Virus record (IMG/VR): IMGVR_UViG_3300025536_000011
Strand: one strand, 5' to 3'
Length of the DNA: 64,000 bases
Origin: a virus
The first letter of the stretch is position 1. Every line of letters starts with the position of its first letter. The notes below the pieces were generated by a model. It saw only the letters and a list, made by a program, of their open reading frames with translations. It was not told the DNA's origin and made no database searches. This document shows, piece by piece, positions 19,229 to 28,950 of this stretch. Position numbers and translations under genes: made by a program.

Positions 19229-20472
19229 TAGCCACCAACCTTCATAACACTTGCATCCTTAAGATCAAAAATAACTTTCCCATTAGTTTTCCAACTATCA
19301 TAAGCCGCTTTTAATTGAGCAACAAGGCGATCTGCCACATTTTTATAGTCACGTTTCTCAACCAACTTTAACCCATTCTCCCTTAAAAGGGAAATTTTAT
19401 TCCAGGTGTCCATAGACTGAAAATCTAACACGCCGTCAGCGTTGCCCTTGCGAAGCAAATGATACATTCGCATTAAGTGACCCATTTCTGATGTACTAGG
19501 CTCAAACCATTGCTCCACGCCAGTATATATTGTCGGGTCTCCGTGAGGCATATCATATACGTTGGTCCGAATAGCATTATACACCATAGAGTTGTTTTCG
19601 TCAACCCAATCTGCCATGCCGCCTGTTTTACTCGAAATAAGAGTATTACCATGGCCCAATGCATCAAACGCCGGAATGCAGTGCCCCTCGCCGCGTCCAG
19701 CATTCACATAGGCGTGGCACCCTTTATGAAGCTTGTGTATATCGGCTTCGCTCATAGTTTGCGTAATAGGCAGAATAGGAGGATACTTCTGTATAGGAAT
19801 GCGGCACCCCTGCCTAATCTTCTGAATAAAGTTCTCAATAACCGTGCGTTCATTTTGTCGATTAGACATACTAATATAGGTCTTTAAGACCAATAAAACC
19901 TCGTCGGGCCGGTCTGCGAACGCTCCATAATATGCTCTAATAAGAGCATCAATACCTTTTTTGGCAGAAAGCTGAGAAATATTATAAAAAATGGTCCGTC
20001 CGGCTGATCCAGGGATTTCGTATGGAACTCTTTCTTCTTTATAAAGGTCTGTGTCAGATGGCGGCGGCATCACTAAAATAGGCTTAGTACAGCCACAGTG
20101 TACTAACATTTCGGCATTAAAACGGCACGGAACTATAATAAAGTCGAATTTCTCAATTTGAGAGAGCCAAAAAGGAGGTAGTCGGTCAGTTTCCCAGAAG
20201 AATATAAGTCCGTTTGGCAGACCTGGCTTCGGCTGAGCCTCAATATTGGGTGTGGTGCATTGGAGCACCATGTCTATCCCCTCAAGTGGCTTATTTAGGG
20301 CCTCTGTAATCCAAGGCTCCTCTTTATACTGAGAAGCGTCGTCTAACTGATCATATTTTAATGCACGAGCCACAACGTCAATACCACCCTTTAAAAGGGT
20401 TTTTAGGAATAAACGTGAGAAATTCGCATATCCGCTCATATCCTGTAGCGGAGCTATAAAACAAAGTTTCAT
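19228..20472 (-). CDS. Glycosyltransferase family 4
   Basis: SGYA, FWETDRLP, KKGIDALIRAY and GRGEGHCIPAFDA. Start at 20472 (TAATG overlap). Confidence 0.88.
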   Translation of the reverse strand: MKLCFIAPLQDMSGYANFSRLFLKTLLKGGIDVVARALKYDQLDDASQYKEEPWITEALNKPLEGIDMVLQCTTPNIEAQPKPGLPNGLIFFWETDRLPPFWLSQIEKFDFIIVPCRFNAEMLVHCGCTKPILVMPPPSDTDLYKEERVPYEIPGSAGRTIFYNISQLSAKKGIDALIRAYYGAFADRPDEVLLVLKTYISMSNRQNERTVIENFIQKIRQGCRIPIQKYPPILPITQTMSEADIHKLHKGCHAYVNAGRGEGHCIPAFDALGHGNTLISSKTGGMADWVDENNSMVYNAIRTNVYDMPHGDPTIYTGVEQWFEPSTSEMGHLMRMYHLLRKGNADGVLDFQSMDTWNKISLLRENGLKLVEKRDYKNVADRLVAQLKAAYDSWKTNGKVIFDLKDASVMKVGG

Positions 20473-23339
20473 TAAATCCACTCCTCTTTTCCTGGTTCCT
20501 GGCCCTCGATAGTATAGGCTTCGCCTTTTTGCTTAGCGACGGCCGCTCGAATTTGCTGTCTATGGTTTTCTCCTCCTACAGACTGAGTAGCCGTCTGACA
20601 GAAGTACTGATAAACCTGTTCCTGGGTCATTCCCGATTGCATATTAGTCAGCCACATCTTAGCTCCCTCTGGATCAACCTTTGGGTACTTAAGAATATTC
20701 AGATATAACCACTCTAATAGTTTATCATTATCAAGCTCAGAAGGCATCGGATCACACTTAGGTACATTACGCACCACTATAGGTGTTTCCCAGGTTGTAG
20801 ACCTATCTTTAATCTTAATACCGTCGAGTACAAACTCCCATTGTTTAGCCAACTTATCCCAATCATAATTATCCTCGACACATTTACGTGCGTCTCGACC
20901 AAGATCAAGACGCTTTTCGTCATTATTAATAAGGTCACGCATTTTATCAGCTAAATCATCAATATCGGGCAGAGCCCGCATACACGAGGTTTCAGGTTCA
21001 TAATAATAGCGACCAACATCAATAACGTCACCACCTTTGTGGCACGAATAGCTATCCTCAGTAATTCCGAGTTGCTTAAAATGTGAATATTCTTTGGGGA
21101 ATCGCCCCTTCTCACGCATGGCGGAATAATCCATTACAAGAGTTGGTTTACCACAGGCTTTAGCCTCTTGGACGGGCATTCCATCTCCCTCACAGTTGTG
21201 GACGGAATGCCCACATATAATATAATTATGATCATCAGCAACGTCTATATTATAGACATAATCATTGTAATCAATATTAGTTATAGATTTCACTTTCGAT
21301 AACATATAATTTACACCGTCTTGCTTCCAATAAAGAGAAGAAGTAGATGATTTTTTACCAGAAAAATTAATTTCAAACCTATAACGAGGCTTTTTGTTCT
21401 CTGGATATTGCATGTGACAATTAAAATATAAACCAAGTTTTTGCAGAGCAATATATAAATCCCTGGCAACGTATGGAGACGTATTAGTAAACCCATTTAC
21501 TTTTTCGTCAATTACGTGACCGTCAGCATGTATTAATCCATTAATAAAAGCTAGTTGCAAATCAGGAGGCCATAATATAAAATTAAACGGACTCTTTTTA
21601 TATCCGTTATCATGATATAGTTCTTTTCTAAGTAAAATAGCTAATCGTTTATCATTAATATTAACATCAAAAGCTTTCCGATCAATATATTGTCTAATTT
21701 TTGCTTCGTGATTTAATCTTTTGGCTATCAAATTTATCTTCTGAAAAGCTGTTGCGTCATCTGACGCACATGTTACTCTGCAATATGCTGTCGTATCATT
21801 AATATTTACATTACCGTCTCCAACCATTACGCCCAAAAACCAAGCGAAATGTTCATCAAAAATAATTGGAGTACCATCATCTAATTTAATTTCTGGCTTG
21901 GTTGACTTCATAGGAATAGTCTGAACAACCATATCATCTGGCTGTAAATCGCCAGCGTCTTTATATTCAAAATCTAATCGTTCAGGATTTTTCTGTCCAA
22001 TCTTTTCTCGTAAAGAATTTTTGTTATCGGGCCATGCGTCTTTAACAACCAAAAACGGGTGGTTTGGAGTACATTTATTAGACCATGCATTACCATGCAA
22101 CTTAACTTCTACCAGCGAATCAGTCTTATTCTTCATAGTTTTATAAACATGATGCAATTGACCATCTTTACCAAAGACCTGTTCGCCCTCTCGAATATCG
22201 CAGATATTTTTCCAACCTTCACCAGTTAATACCGGGGTATCAGGCGTAAAACATATAGAACATTGAACATATAAGTCCAATAAATTATATACTTTAGCAA
22301 GCTCCTCGCGACTAAATCCTACCCCTGTTGTTGGACAGGTAGCGGTCTGCTGCCCACACCACATGCACGGCAACAATATCACTCCATTACGGAGTGGTTT
22401 ATTATATAAATTAATAGCATAAGCAAGTGACTTCTTCCCACAGGCCGGGTTATGGCACATAAGCGTTTGCATTACGCTGTCTTTAATACCCTTGGAATAA
22501 TTAGCAAGCCATGGATATGCTTGTAGCCTCATAACGTGGCGTGGATAATCATAAGAATAAACATTATCTGGCCACGCACTATGTAGCAACAAAATAGCTT
22601 TATCGACAGCCTTTTCGCCTTTATACTTATTTTTCATACGTGCGAAAGCATCAATAAGATCTGGATAAAGTTTACGAGATTGGTTACGCATCAGGCTGCC
22701 AATAATTGGCACATCCTTCGCAATACAAAACTCTTCCCTGATCTGATCTCTATCCATTGGATAAAAAGTTTTTAAGTCTACGCCAGGACGCATAGCTTTA
22801 GGGAATACACGCATTAACGGACTCTGCTGCTTTAAAGTATGTACGCCAAAATCTGCGTATGCAACTATAAGATCAGCCTGTTCATAGTCTTTAATCCAAT
22901 CCTCATGCTGAGGCAGACTGTCTACGGTGGGCATCCAAACGAGTTTAATCCATGGTCTGAAAACACTACTTAACTGCCAGCGTAACATCCAATTATCCCT
23001 GATATCTATACATATATCTGGCTTACAATCCGCAACTACACCATCAAATTTGTAAGCTCCAAATTGGGAAATATTCTGACCCTTATCTTTTGGATCTGCC
23101 GAAGGTTGATTATAAGCCTTAGCCTCTTCCTCTGTTAAGGGTAAATTCCCATAAAATTTCCAACGCCCCTTGATAAAGTTATTCACTTCGGGGTGATCTT
23201 GGCGAGCGTATGATCCATGCTCAAAAATATCGTACTTCCCAGTCACGGCTAATCTTGGCAATAGTTCCCTATAGTAGGTACTAAAGCCCGTAGATAGAAA
23301 ACTAGCTTCCCCACAAAAAAGTATTCTCTTCTTACTCAT
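20472..23339 (-). CDS. Intein-containing glycosyltransferase family 4 with Cys-rich insertion and C-terminal DUF4214-like domain
   Basis: TGFSTY, PGVDLKTFYP and RNQSRK. Spliced exteins give QCSI-CEGDGMPVQEAKACGKP (EX7E). C-terminal LYLNILK..DPEGAKMWL. Confidence 0.88.
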   Translation of the reverse strand: MSKKRILFCGEASFLSTGFSTYYRELLPRLAVTGKYDIFEHGSYARQDHPEVNNFIKGRWKFYGNLPLTEEEAKAYNQPSADPKDKGQNISQFGAYKFDGVVADCKPDICIDIRDNWMLRWQLSSVFRPWIKLVWMPTVDSLPQHEDWIKDYEQADLIVAYADFGVHTLKQQSPLMRVFPKAMRPGVDLKTFYPMDRDQIREEFCIAKDVPIIGSLMRNQSRKLYPDLIDAFARMKNKYKGEKAVDKAILLLHSAWPDNVYSYDYPRHVMRLQAYPWLANYSKGIKDSVMQTLMCHNPACGKKSLAYAINLYNKPLRNGVILLPCMWCGQQTATCPTTGVGFSREELAKVYNLLDLYVQCSICFTPDTPVLTGEGWKNICDIREGEQVFGKDGQLHHVYKTMKNKTDSLVEVKLHGNAWSNKCTPNHPFLVVKDAWPDNKNSLREKIGQKNPERLDFEYKDAGDLQPDDMVVQTIPMKSTKPEIKLDDGTPIIFDEHFAWFLGVMVGDGNVNINDTTAYCRVTCASDDATAFQKINLIAKRLNHEAKIRQYIDRKAFDVNINDKRLAILLRKELYHDNGYKKSPFNFILWPPDLQLAFINGLIHADGHVIDEKVNGFTNTSPYVARDLYIALQKLGLYFNCHMQYPENKKPRYRFEINFSGKKSSTSSLYWKQDGVNYMLSKVKSITNIDYNDYVYNIDVADDHNYIICGHSVHNCEGDGMPVQEAKACGKPTLVMDYSAMREKGRFPKEYSHFKQLGITEDSYSCHKGGDVIDVGRYYYEPETSCMRALPDIDDLADKMRDLINNDEKRLDLGRDARKCVEDNYDWDKLAKQWEFVLDGIKIKDRSTTWETPIVVRNVPKCDPMPSELDNDKLLEWLYLNILKYPKVDPEGAKMWLTNMQSGMTQEQVYQYFCQTATQSVGGENHRQQIRAAVAKQKGEAYTIEGQEPGKEEWI
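21195..22253 (-). mobile_element. Intein (353 aa) with LAGLIDADG endonuclease
   Basis: Starts CFTPDTPV, has block B TPNHPF, endonuclease motifs FLGVMVGDG and FINGLIHADG, and ends VYNIDVADDHNY..SVHN followed by Cys+1. Confidence 0.92.
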
Positions 23340-23928
23340 ATAAATCCCTTATCCGTCCCTTCAAAATTGCTTCCAATCCTCTTAATCTACCGATAGAAAT
23401 CCCTAAAATTTGACTAGTTTCCTTTAAAGAGTAATTATGAATATACCGATAATATAATATATTGCGTTCTAGTTCTGAAACGGTAATCTCTTGTAAAAAG
23501 TGATCGTCATTGCTGCATAAACAATCACTATCGCTCGCAACGCCACGATATAGCACCTTTAGTTTCCTGACTGTATCAGGTGTCGTCTTTTTAATAGGTG
23601 ATTTCTCGGCATTTAAAATCGAAGATATTTCCTCGCCGGAGGCTTCTACTCCGGCGAGTGTATTAATTTTAGAGCAAAGTCTTAGAATGCGATGAGGCAA
23701 TCTATACGGACCATAGAAACTTGACGCCTCTTCGTAAATAGCTCTCTGCACACATTTATATATATAAGATTTAATACTTTTTCCCTTTGTGGGATCAAAA
23801 CTCCTAAGAGCCTTGAAGGCAGATAAGCGTCCGACCTGTTCTAGATCTTCCTTAGATATAACTGGTGATATATGATGTGTTTTATTAGCTATTCTCTTAA
23901 TGATCGGCTCAAGTTCCTGTATCTTCAT
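23332..23928 (-). CDS. Sigma-70 family RNA polymerase sigma factor (phage-encoded)
   Basis: Region 2 EDLEQVGRLSAFKALRSFDPTKG and region 4 HTH YSLKETSQILGISIGR. Confidence 0.85.
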   Translation of the reverse strand: MKIQELEPIIKRIANKTHHISPVISKEDLEQVGRLSAFKALRSFDPTKGKSIKSYIYKCVQRAIYEEASSFYGPYRLPHRILRLCSKINTLAGVEASGEEISSILNAEKSPIKKTTPDTVRKLKVLYRGVASDSDCLCSNDDHFLQEITVSELERNILYYRYIHNYSLKETSQILGISIGRLRGLEAILKGRIRDLYE

Positions 23929-24287
23929 TAAAATGGTAATCCGTTGCCAGTCTCTTCTGGAACTTCGGTTTGTTTTGGTCTCTTCCCAAGTACCTGGATA
24001 GACGTGGCACGTACAATTTCTTTATCTTTGTCCTTATAAGAATCAACTTCTACTGTCCCAGAAATAAATACCGTGGCACCTTTTGGTGAACCTTTCTCCT
24101 GCACCATAGTTAAATACTTAACCTGTGGACCAAATACAACAACATCTTTAAAAATTGTTTTTTCACCCTTTGGGGTATATAAATTAAGAGCAACCCCAAA
24201 TTTAGCCATCTTAGAGTCCTTTATATCAAAGAATTTAATATCATCCGTAATACGACCACAAAAACTTATTGTTGCAAAATCAGCCAT
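23928..24287 (-). CDS. ssb: Single-stranded DNA-binding protein
   Basis: OB-fold pattern (CGRITDD, FKDVVVFG, KGATVFISG) and an acidic tail ending LPF. Confidence 0.85.
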   Translation of the reverse strand: MADFATISFCGRITDDIKFFDIKDSKMAKFGVALNLYTPKGEKTIFKDVVVFGPQVKYLTMVQEKGSPKGATVFISGTVEVDSYKDKDKEIVRATSIQVLGKRPKQTEVPEETGNGLPF

Positions 24288-24499
24288 TACTTCCTCCTTG
24301 TTTGTCGTTTTTCCTTATAGAATAATAAGACAGGAATAGTAATAATTCCAGAAGAATGTAAGGTCCACCCTTCTTTTGACATTTCATTAATTTTATCTTC
24401 GACTATCTTATTCAATTTACGTCTACCATCAAGGTTTATACCAGTCATTGTTAGTTCATTAGCATCTATTTCTAAATCTATTAATTTATATTCTATCAT
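24287..24499 (-). CDS. Small hypothetical protein (DUF4177-like)
   Basis: EYK...INEMSKEGWTL pattern. Confidence 0.55.
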   Translation of the reverse strand: MIEYKLIDLEIDANELTMTGINLDGRRKLNKIVEDKINEMSKEGWTLHSSGIITIPVLLFYKEKRQTRRK

Positions 24500-27400
24500 T
24501 TTAATCGTTCCGCGACATCAACAATGATTGAACCGCTGGTGTCTAATTTTCCTTTTAATCTCAAAATATTACCCTCTGACAAGTGCATCTTATATTTATT
24601 AAAAGTTTGAGGAAAGATCACTATATTATCTAGTTGACAAGTATGGTCGCCCCCTGTAATGAAGGCCATGTCGTCATTTTTCTTAGTTTTAATCTGTCTT
24701 ACTGATACAATCTGTATAATGGTGTCAATAGGATATCCAGCACTAAATGTCTTAATAATATCCTTACACTTGTCCTTAGATTTAAATAGGTCAGTTTCAC
24801 TCCCAGTTAAGGGAATTCCAAGATAATATTTCTCCCAACCAATTTTTTCGATTGGGCCATCAAATGGATCTGATGCATCAAACATGTTTAGTAATTCTCT
24901 AATAGTCGCTCGTCGAGCCACATTAGGAACCTTAATCTGTTCTTTTAAAGCAATATACTCAGTCTCATGACACATTGCTCTTAGATGCTGAACCCAGTTT
25001 TTGGACACATTGTTATCAACTAATATTTTAAGTTGTTTTTGTTCAATGGTAGTTAGCTCTGATAATAATACGTACTTGGCCCACATACGACATCGCGGCA
25101 TGTCAAAAGAATCAAACGCACCGCTTTTAATAAGAGCTTCAACTACTTTAACATTAAGTCCCGCACTAACTAAAGCCCATAAAAATTCATCATATGAGTT
25201 TAATAGCGTCCCCGTAATAGTTTTGACCAATTTACTAAGAGTTTTTTCACCTATGCCTTTTAAGCAAGATAAACCAAATGCAATTGTGGTATCGTCCTGT
25301 ATCATAAAGTTTAAATTACCACTCTTAATAGACGGTGGTAGCACCTTAATATCAAATAACTTTGCATCATTCACAAATTTCTGTATCTCTTCTAAAGCAT
25401 CCTGAGAAAATTGAGAATTATTTAATTGAGCACAGAAAAACTCTACGGGAAAATTAGCTTTTAAATATGCTGTGTAATATGATAATAGAGCATAACCTAT
25501 CGAGTGGCTAAGATTAAATTGATACCCCGCTGCTTGTTCTATACTATCCCAAATTGCATCTGAGTCTACTTGCAGAATATTGTTTTTCAAACACCCATCA
25601 ATAAACTTAGTTTTAAAAGCCTTTAATTCTTCAGGATGTTTTTTCCCAATTGCACGCCTTATAAGGTCGCATTCCTCAAGAGTAAACGAAGCTAATTCTT
25701 TAAATGCCCTAATAGTCTGTTCTTGAAAGCAGAGTATCCCGTAAGTTGGTTTTACTACAGAATCCAACAATGGATGTACTGGTGTATAGGGTATTTGTCC
25801 AGTTTTGGTCTCATAATACTTCTTGGTCATGCCAGTGTCTAGTGTTGCTGGACGAATTAGTGCGATTAAATCTGATACCTCTTCTATCGACTGTGGTGTT
25901 AGTTTCCTACACCAGCTTCTACCAAGCTGACTTTCAAGCTGAAAGACGCCAATAGTTCTACCCAAAGAAATTAAATCAAATGTGGCTTGATCTTTTAATG
26001 GAATAGATTGCATATTAAGAGCAACGCCGTGTCTTTCTTTAATAAGTCTAAATGCATCATCCAACACATCAAGAGTATTCAGTCCCAACACGTCTTGTTT
26101 AAGAAGATTTAGTTTATCGACTGTCCCCATATCCCATCCACAAACAATACTCTCTTCGTCGGAGGATTTGCACGTCGGATATTCTCCCTCAGAAAATGGG
26201 GTGTCTGCAATAACTACTGCCGACGCATGAGTCCCAAGAGACTTATAACAACCTTCAATTTGCCGTGCGATAGCGAACCACGATTTATACTTTACCTCAT
26301 ACGCCGCTAATTCTGGAACCTTTTTAATAGCTTCGTCCAATGAAATCTGAGTATGATCGTCATTCTTCATGGGCACTAAATTAGTAATTTGATTAGATTC
26401 TTCGAAACCAAGTCCAAAAACCCTGAATACGTCTTTTAGTACTGCTCTGGCGGCGAGTTTAGAAAATGTTGGTAATTGAGCAACAGTATCACTTCCGAAA
26501 CGATCCTTAATATATTGCAGGACTAGACCACGTTTACTTCTCTGTATATCTGTGTCGATATCTGGTAAGCCGCCGCGACCCTTGTTAAGGAAGCGTTCCC
26601 AAATAAGATTGTATTTGATAGGGTCAATGTCTGTAATCCCTAATAAGTAGGCAACTAATGAGCCGCCCACACTCCCACGGCCTGGGCCCAAAAATATATT
26701 ATTGTTTCGGCACCATTGTATTACGTCCCAGACAATGAGAAAATAATCATTAAAACCCATCGAGTCAATATCTGATAGCTCTTTATTAATTCTCTCTAGA
26801 TATAGAGCTTTAATATCTAGTCCTTTTTGGATCGCACTAACCGTGACTAGTTGATAAAGATAATCCTTAGAGCCTATCCCTTCCGGGAGGAATTTATTAT
26901 ACGATGGTAATCTTTTCTTCTTAAGATTGATTTCAACGTTACATCTATCTGCTATCTCACTAGTAAGATTTAGTTCATCCTCGGTAAGACTAAGAGCTTC
27001 CATCTCTTCTCTGGTTTTAAGCCCATAATCACTACAATCAAAATTACTATAACTATAGCGTGTATGCATAGTTTCTGCTATATTAAGTAGCGTAGCATGT
27101 GCATGATAATCGTCCTTATCAATATAATGGACATTGTTAGTCGCTACTGTTTTAAGGCCATATTTGGTTGCTAATTTACGTAGCTCCGTTATAAGTTCCT
27201 TTTCTATATCAGAGTGATGATCCTGAACCTCTAAATATAGGTGGTTGACATCAAATAATTGCATAAGTCTACGCAAGAGTGCCTCGGCTCTTAAAACCGA
27301 TTTATTGCCGTCTTGGTTGTGTAGATATTTAGAAATAATCCCGCCAGAGCAGCCGGTTAAAATAATTAGCCCCTCTTTGTACTTTTCAAGTAATTTAAAA

Positions 27401-27765
27401 TCTATCCGTGGCTTATAATAGTAACAATCTCCCTTATTAGACTCTGAAACTAAGTGTATCAGATTTCGCCACCCAATATTATTCTCAGCTAGAATGGTTA
27501 TATGAGACGTTTGCCGCAACTTTGCGGACTTAGATTCGGTGCAATCTTCTACAAAATTAAACTCTACACCCTGGATTGGTTTGATACCGGCCTTCTGGGC
27601 TTCTGTATAAAAATTAATTGCATCAAATAAATTACCATGATTAGTAATGGCTAGAGCAGTCATATTAAGGCTCTTGGCTTTTTTAACTAGATTTGCAACA
27701 GTGGCCATACCATCCAACATGGAGCCGATACTATGTGTATGCAAGTGCGTAAATTGCTTAGGCAT
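24496..27765 (-). CDS. dnaE: DNA polymerase III alpha subunit (family C)
   Basis: PHP HLHTHS..SMLDG, GPGRGS, catalytic PDIDTD, KQDVLGL, GVFQLES, FNLSHS and a C-terminal OB fold. Confidence 0.97.
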   Translation of the reverse strand: MPKQFTHLHTHSIGSMLDGMATVANLVKKAKSLNMTALAITNHGNLFDAINFYTEAQKAGIKPIQGVEFNFVEDCTESKSAKLRQTSHITILAENNIGWRNLIHLVSESNKGDCYYYKPRIDFKLLEKYKEGLIILTGCSGGIISKYLHNQDGNKSVLRAEALLRRLMQLFDVNHLYLEVQDHHSDIEKELITELRKLATKYGLKTVATNNVHYIDKDDYHAHATLLNIAETMHTRYSYSNFDCSDYGLKTREEMEALSLTEDELNLTSEIADRCNVEINLKKKRLPSYNKFLPEGIGSKDYLYQLVTVSAIQKGLDIKALYLERINKELSDIDSMGFNDYFLIVWDVIQWCRNNNIFLGPGRGSVGGSLVAYLLGITDIDPIKYNLIWERFLNKGRGGLPDIDTDIQRSKRGLVLQYIKDRFGSDTVAQLPTFSKLAARAVLKDVFRVFGLGFEESNQITNLVPMKNDDHTQISLDEAIKKVPELAAYEVKYKSWFAIARQIEGCYKSLGTHASAVVIADTPFSEGEYPTCKSSDEESIVCGWDMGTVDKLNLLKQDVLGLNTLDVLDDAFRLIKERHGVALNMQSIPLKDQATFDLISLGRTIGVFQLESQLGRSWCRKLTPQSIEEVSDLIALIRPATLDTGMTKKYYETKTGQIPYTPVHPLLDSVVKPTYGILCFQEQTIRAFKELASFTLEECDLIRRAIGKKHPEELKAFKTKFIDGCLKNNILQVDSDAIWDSIEQAAGYQFNLSHSIGYALLSYYTAYLKANFPVEFFCAQLNNSQFSQDALEEIQKFVNDAKLFDIKVLPPSIKSGNLNFMIQDDTTIAFGLSCLKGIGEKTLSKLVKTITGTLLNSYDEFLWALVSAGLNVKVVEALIKSGAFDSFDMPRCRMWAKYVLLSELTTIEQKQLKILVDNNVSKNWVQHLRAMCHETEYIALKEQIKVPNVARRATIRELLNMFDASDPFDGPIEKIGWEKYYLGIPLTGSETDLFKSKDKCKDIIKTFSAGYPIDTIIQIVSVRQIKTKKNDDMAFITGGDHTCQLDNIVIFPQTFNKYKMHLSEGNILRLKGKLDTSGSIIVDVAERLK

Positions 27766-28369
27766 CTCTTTTATATCTTCTTTTTGTAGGTTTAGTTATT
27801 GGTGTTCCCGCCGGTTTAGAAATGCGTTCCTTACGGATCTTTTTTAATCGCTCTTTGTTTCGTTTAGCAAAGTCTGTTTCAATAAAATTATTATCTGAGT
27901 CATAATGAGATGCTTTGGCGTCTGGGCATTTAGCTTTATCCCAGATATCACCAACTCTCACTTTAGTCTTTATACCAAAGATAGCTGGTGGTTTCAACTC
28001 AGAATCATCTATAGGTATAAGATTTAAATCGCACCTACATTTAATGATACCGTCTTTAATCTTTTTATAAAAGTCTTCCGTAGAAGATTCAATATTTTGG
28101 TGATTCTCGTCCCAAGATATATGAATAATGCCATTGGAAAAGATACCGACCCTAGTTTGATGTCCCTGGACGCAAATATATATTTTATCGTCATCAAATT
28201 TACTCCGTACTGGTGGTATATATTCTATAAGTTTATTATTAACAGGCTTACATTCACTACAAACTTTTAAGAGTTTATCACACTGTCTCACAAACTTCTC
28301 ATAAGCCTTATGAGACATATGAAAACAAAACGTATGATCTTTATTACACTTGAAATAATATAATGCCAT
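27758..28369 (-). CDS. Cys-rich hypothetical protein (putative Zn-binding)
   Basis: CNKDH..CSEC and CVQGH..CRC, with a basic C-terminus. Start at the TAATG overlap. Confidence 0.6.
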   Translation of the reverse strand: MALYYFKCNKDHTFCFHMSHKAYEKFVRQCDKLLKVCSECKPVNNKLIEYIPPVRSKFDDDKIYICVQGHQTRVGIFSNGIIHISWDENHQNIESSTEDFYKKIKDGIIKCRCDLNLIPIDDSELKPPAIFGIKTKVRVGDIWDKAKCPDAKASHYDSDNNFIETDFAKRNKERLKKIRKERISKPAGTPITKPTKRRYKRDA

Positions 28370-28950
28370 TATTCTTTTTCTTCCCAAAGTTTATCTACTA
28401 TACCATATTCAAGAGCCTTATGAGCATCAAAATAACTATCCTCCACTCTTTTACACAAAACGTCCCAGAATTTAACATCTTTTTTAGTATGCTTCTCCAT
28501 TAAAGAAAGCCATTTTTGCTGTAGTTCATCTCTATGTTTAGTTGTAGATTTCATTTCCATATATCGTTGTGGCCTGTCAAACTCCCAATGCCCCTCATGT
28601 ACCATAAACCAGGCATTAGGAGTAGCATATCTCTCACCTTTAGATCCTGCGGCGACTAGCAACGGTGCCGCACTCATACATGGGCCTATAGCGACTGTTA
28701 CTAATGGACACCCTACTGTTCTTATAGCGTCATAAATACCAAACATAAAATATTCATCGCCACCAAATGAGCTAACGAATAACTCTATCGGCTCGGTAGT
28801 ATTTTTAGTCTCCATTAGATAGATACCTTTAATAATAGACCCGGCACTCTCTTGGTCTATATCGGCGGTTAAAAATATTCTTCTATTTGCAACATCTACG
28901 CCATTAAGGAAGTATTGCTCGATCCAGTCTTTAGATATTGGCTTCGGCAT
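28369..28950 (-). CDS. clpP: ClpP-family protease subunit
   Basis: RRIFL, IELFVSSFGG, CMSAA (catalytic Ser), FMVHE (His) and DSYFDAHKALEYGIVD. Confidence 0.88.
   Translation of the reverse strand: MPKPISKDWIEQYFLNGVDVANRRIFLTADIDQESAGSIIKGIYLMETKNTTEPIELFVSSFGGDEYFMFGIYDAIRTVGCPLVTVAIGPCMSAAPLLVAAGSKGERYATPNAWFMVHEGHWEFDRPQRYMEMKSTTKHRDELQQKWLSLMEKHTKKDVKFWDVLCKRVEDSYFDAHKALEYGIVDKLWEEKE

Noticed and set aside
1-23339. Bacterial capsule/O-antigen locus or host chromosome
   Set aside because: No export or polymerase genes are visible, and the cluster is continuous with phage-type replication genes and a tail module.
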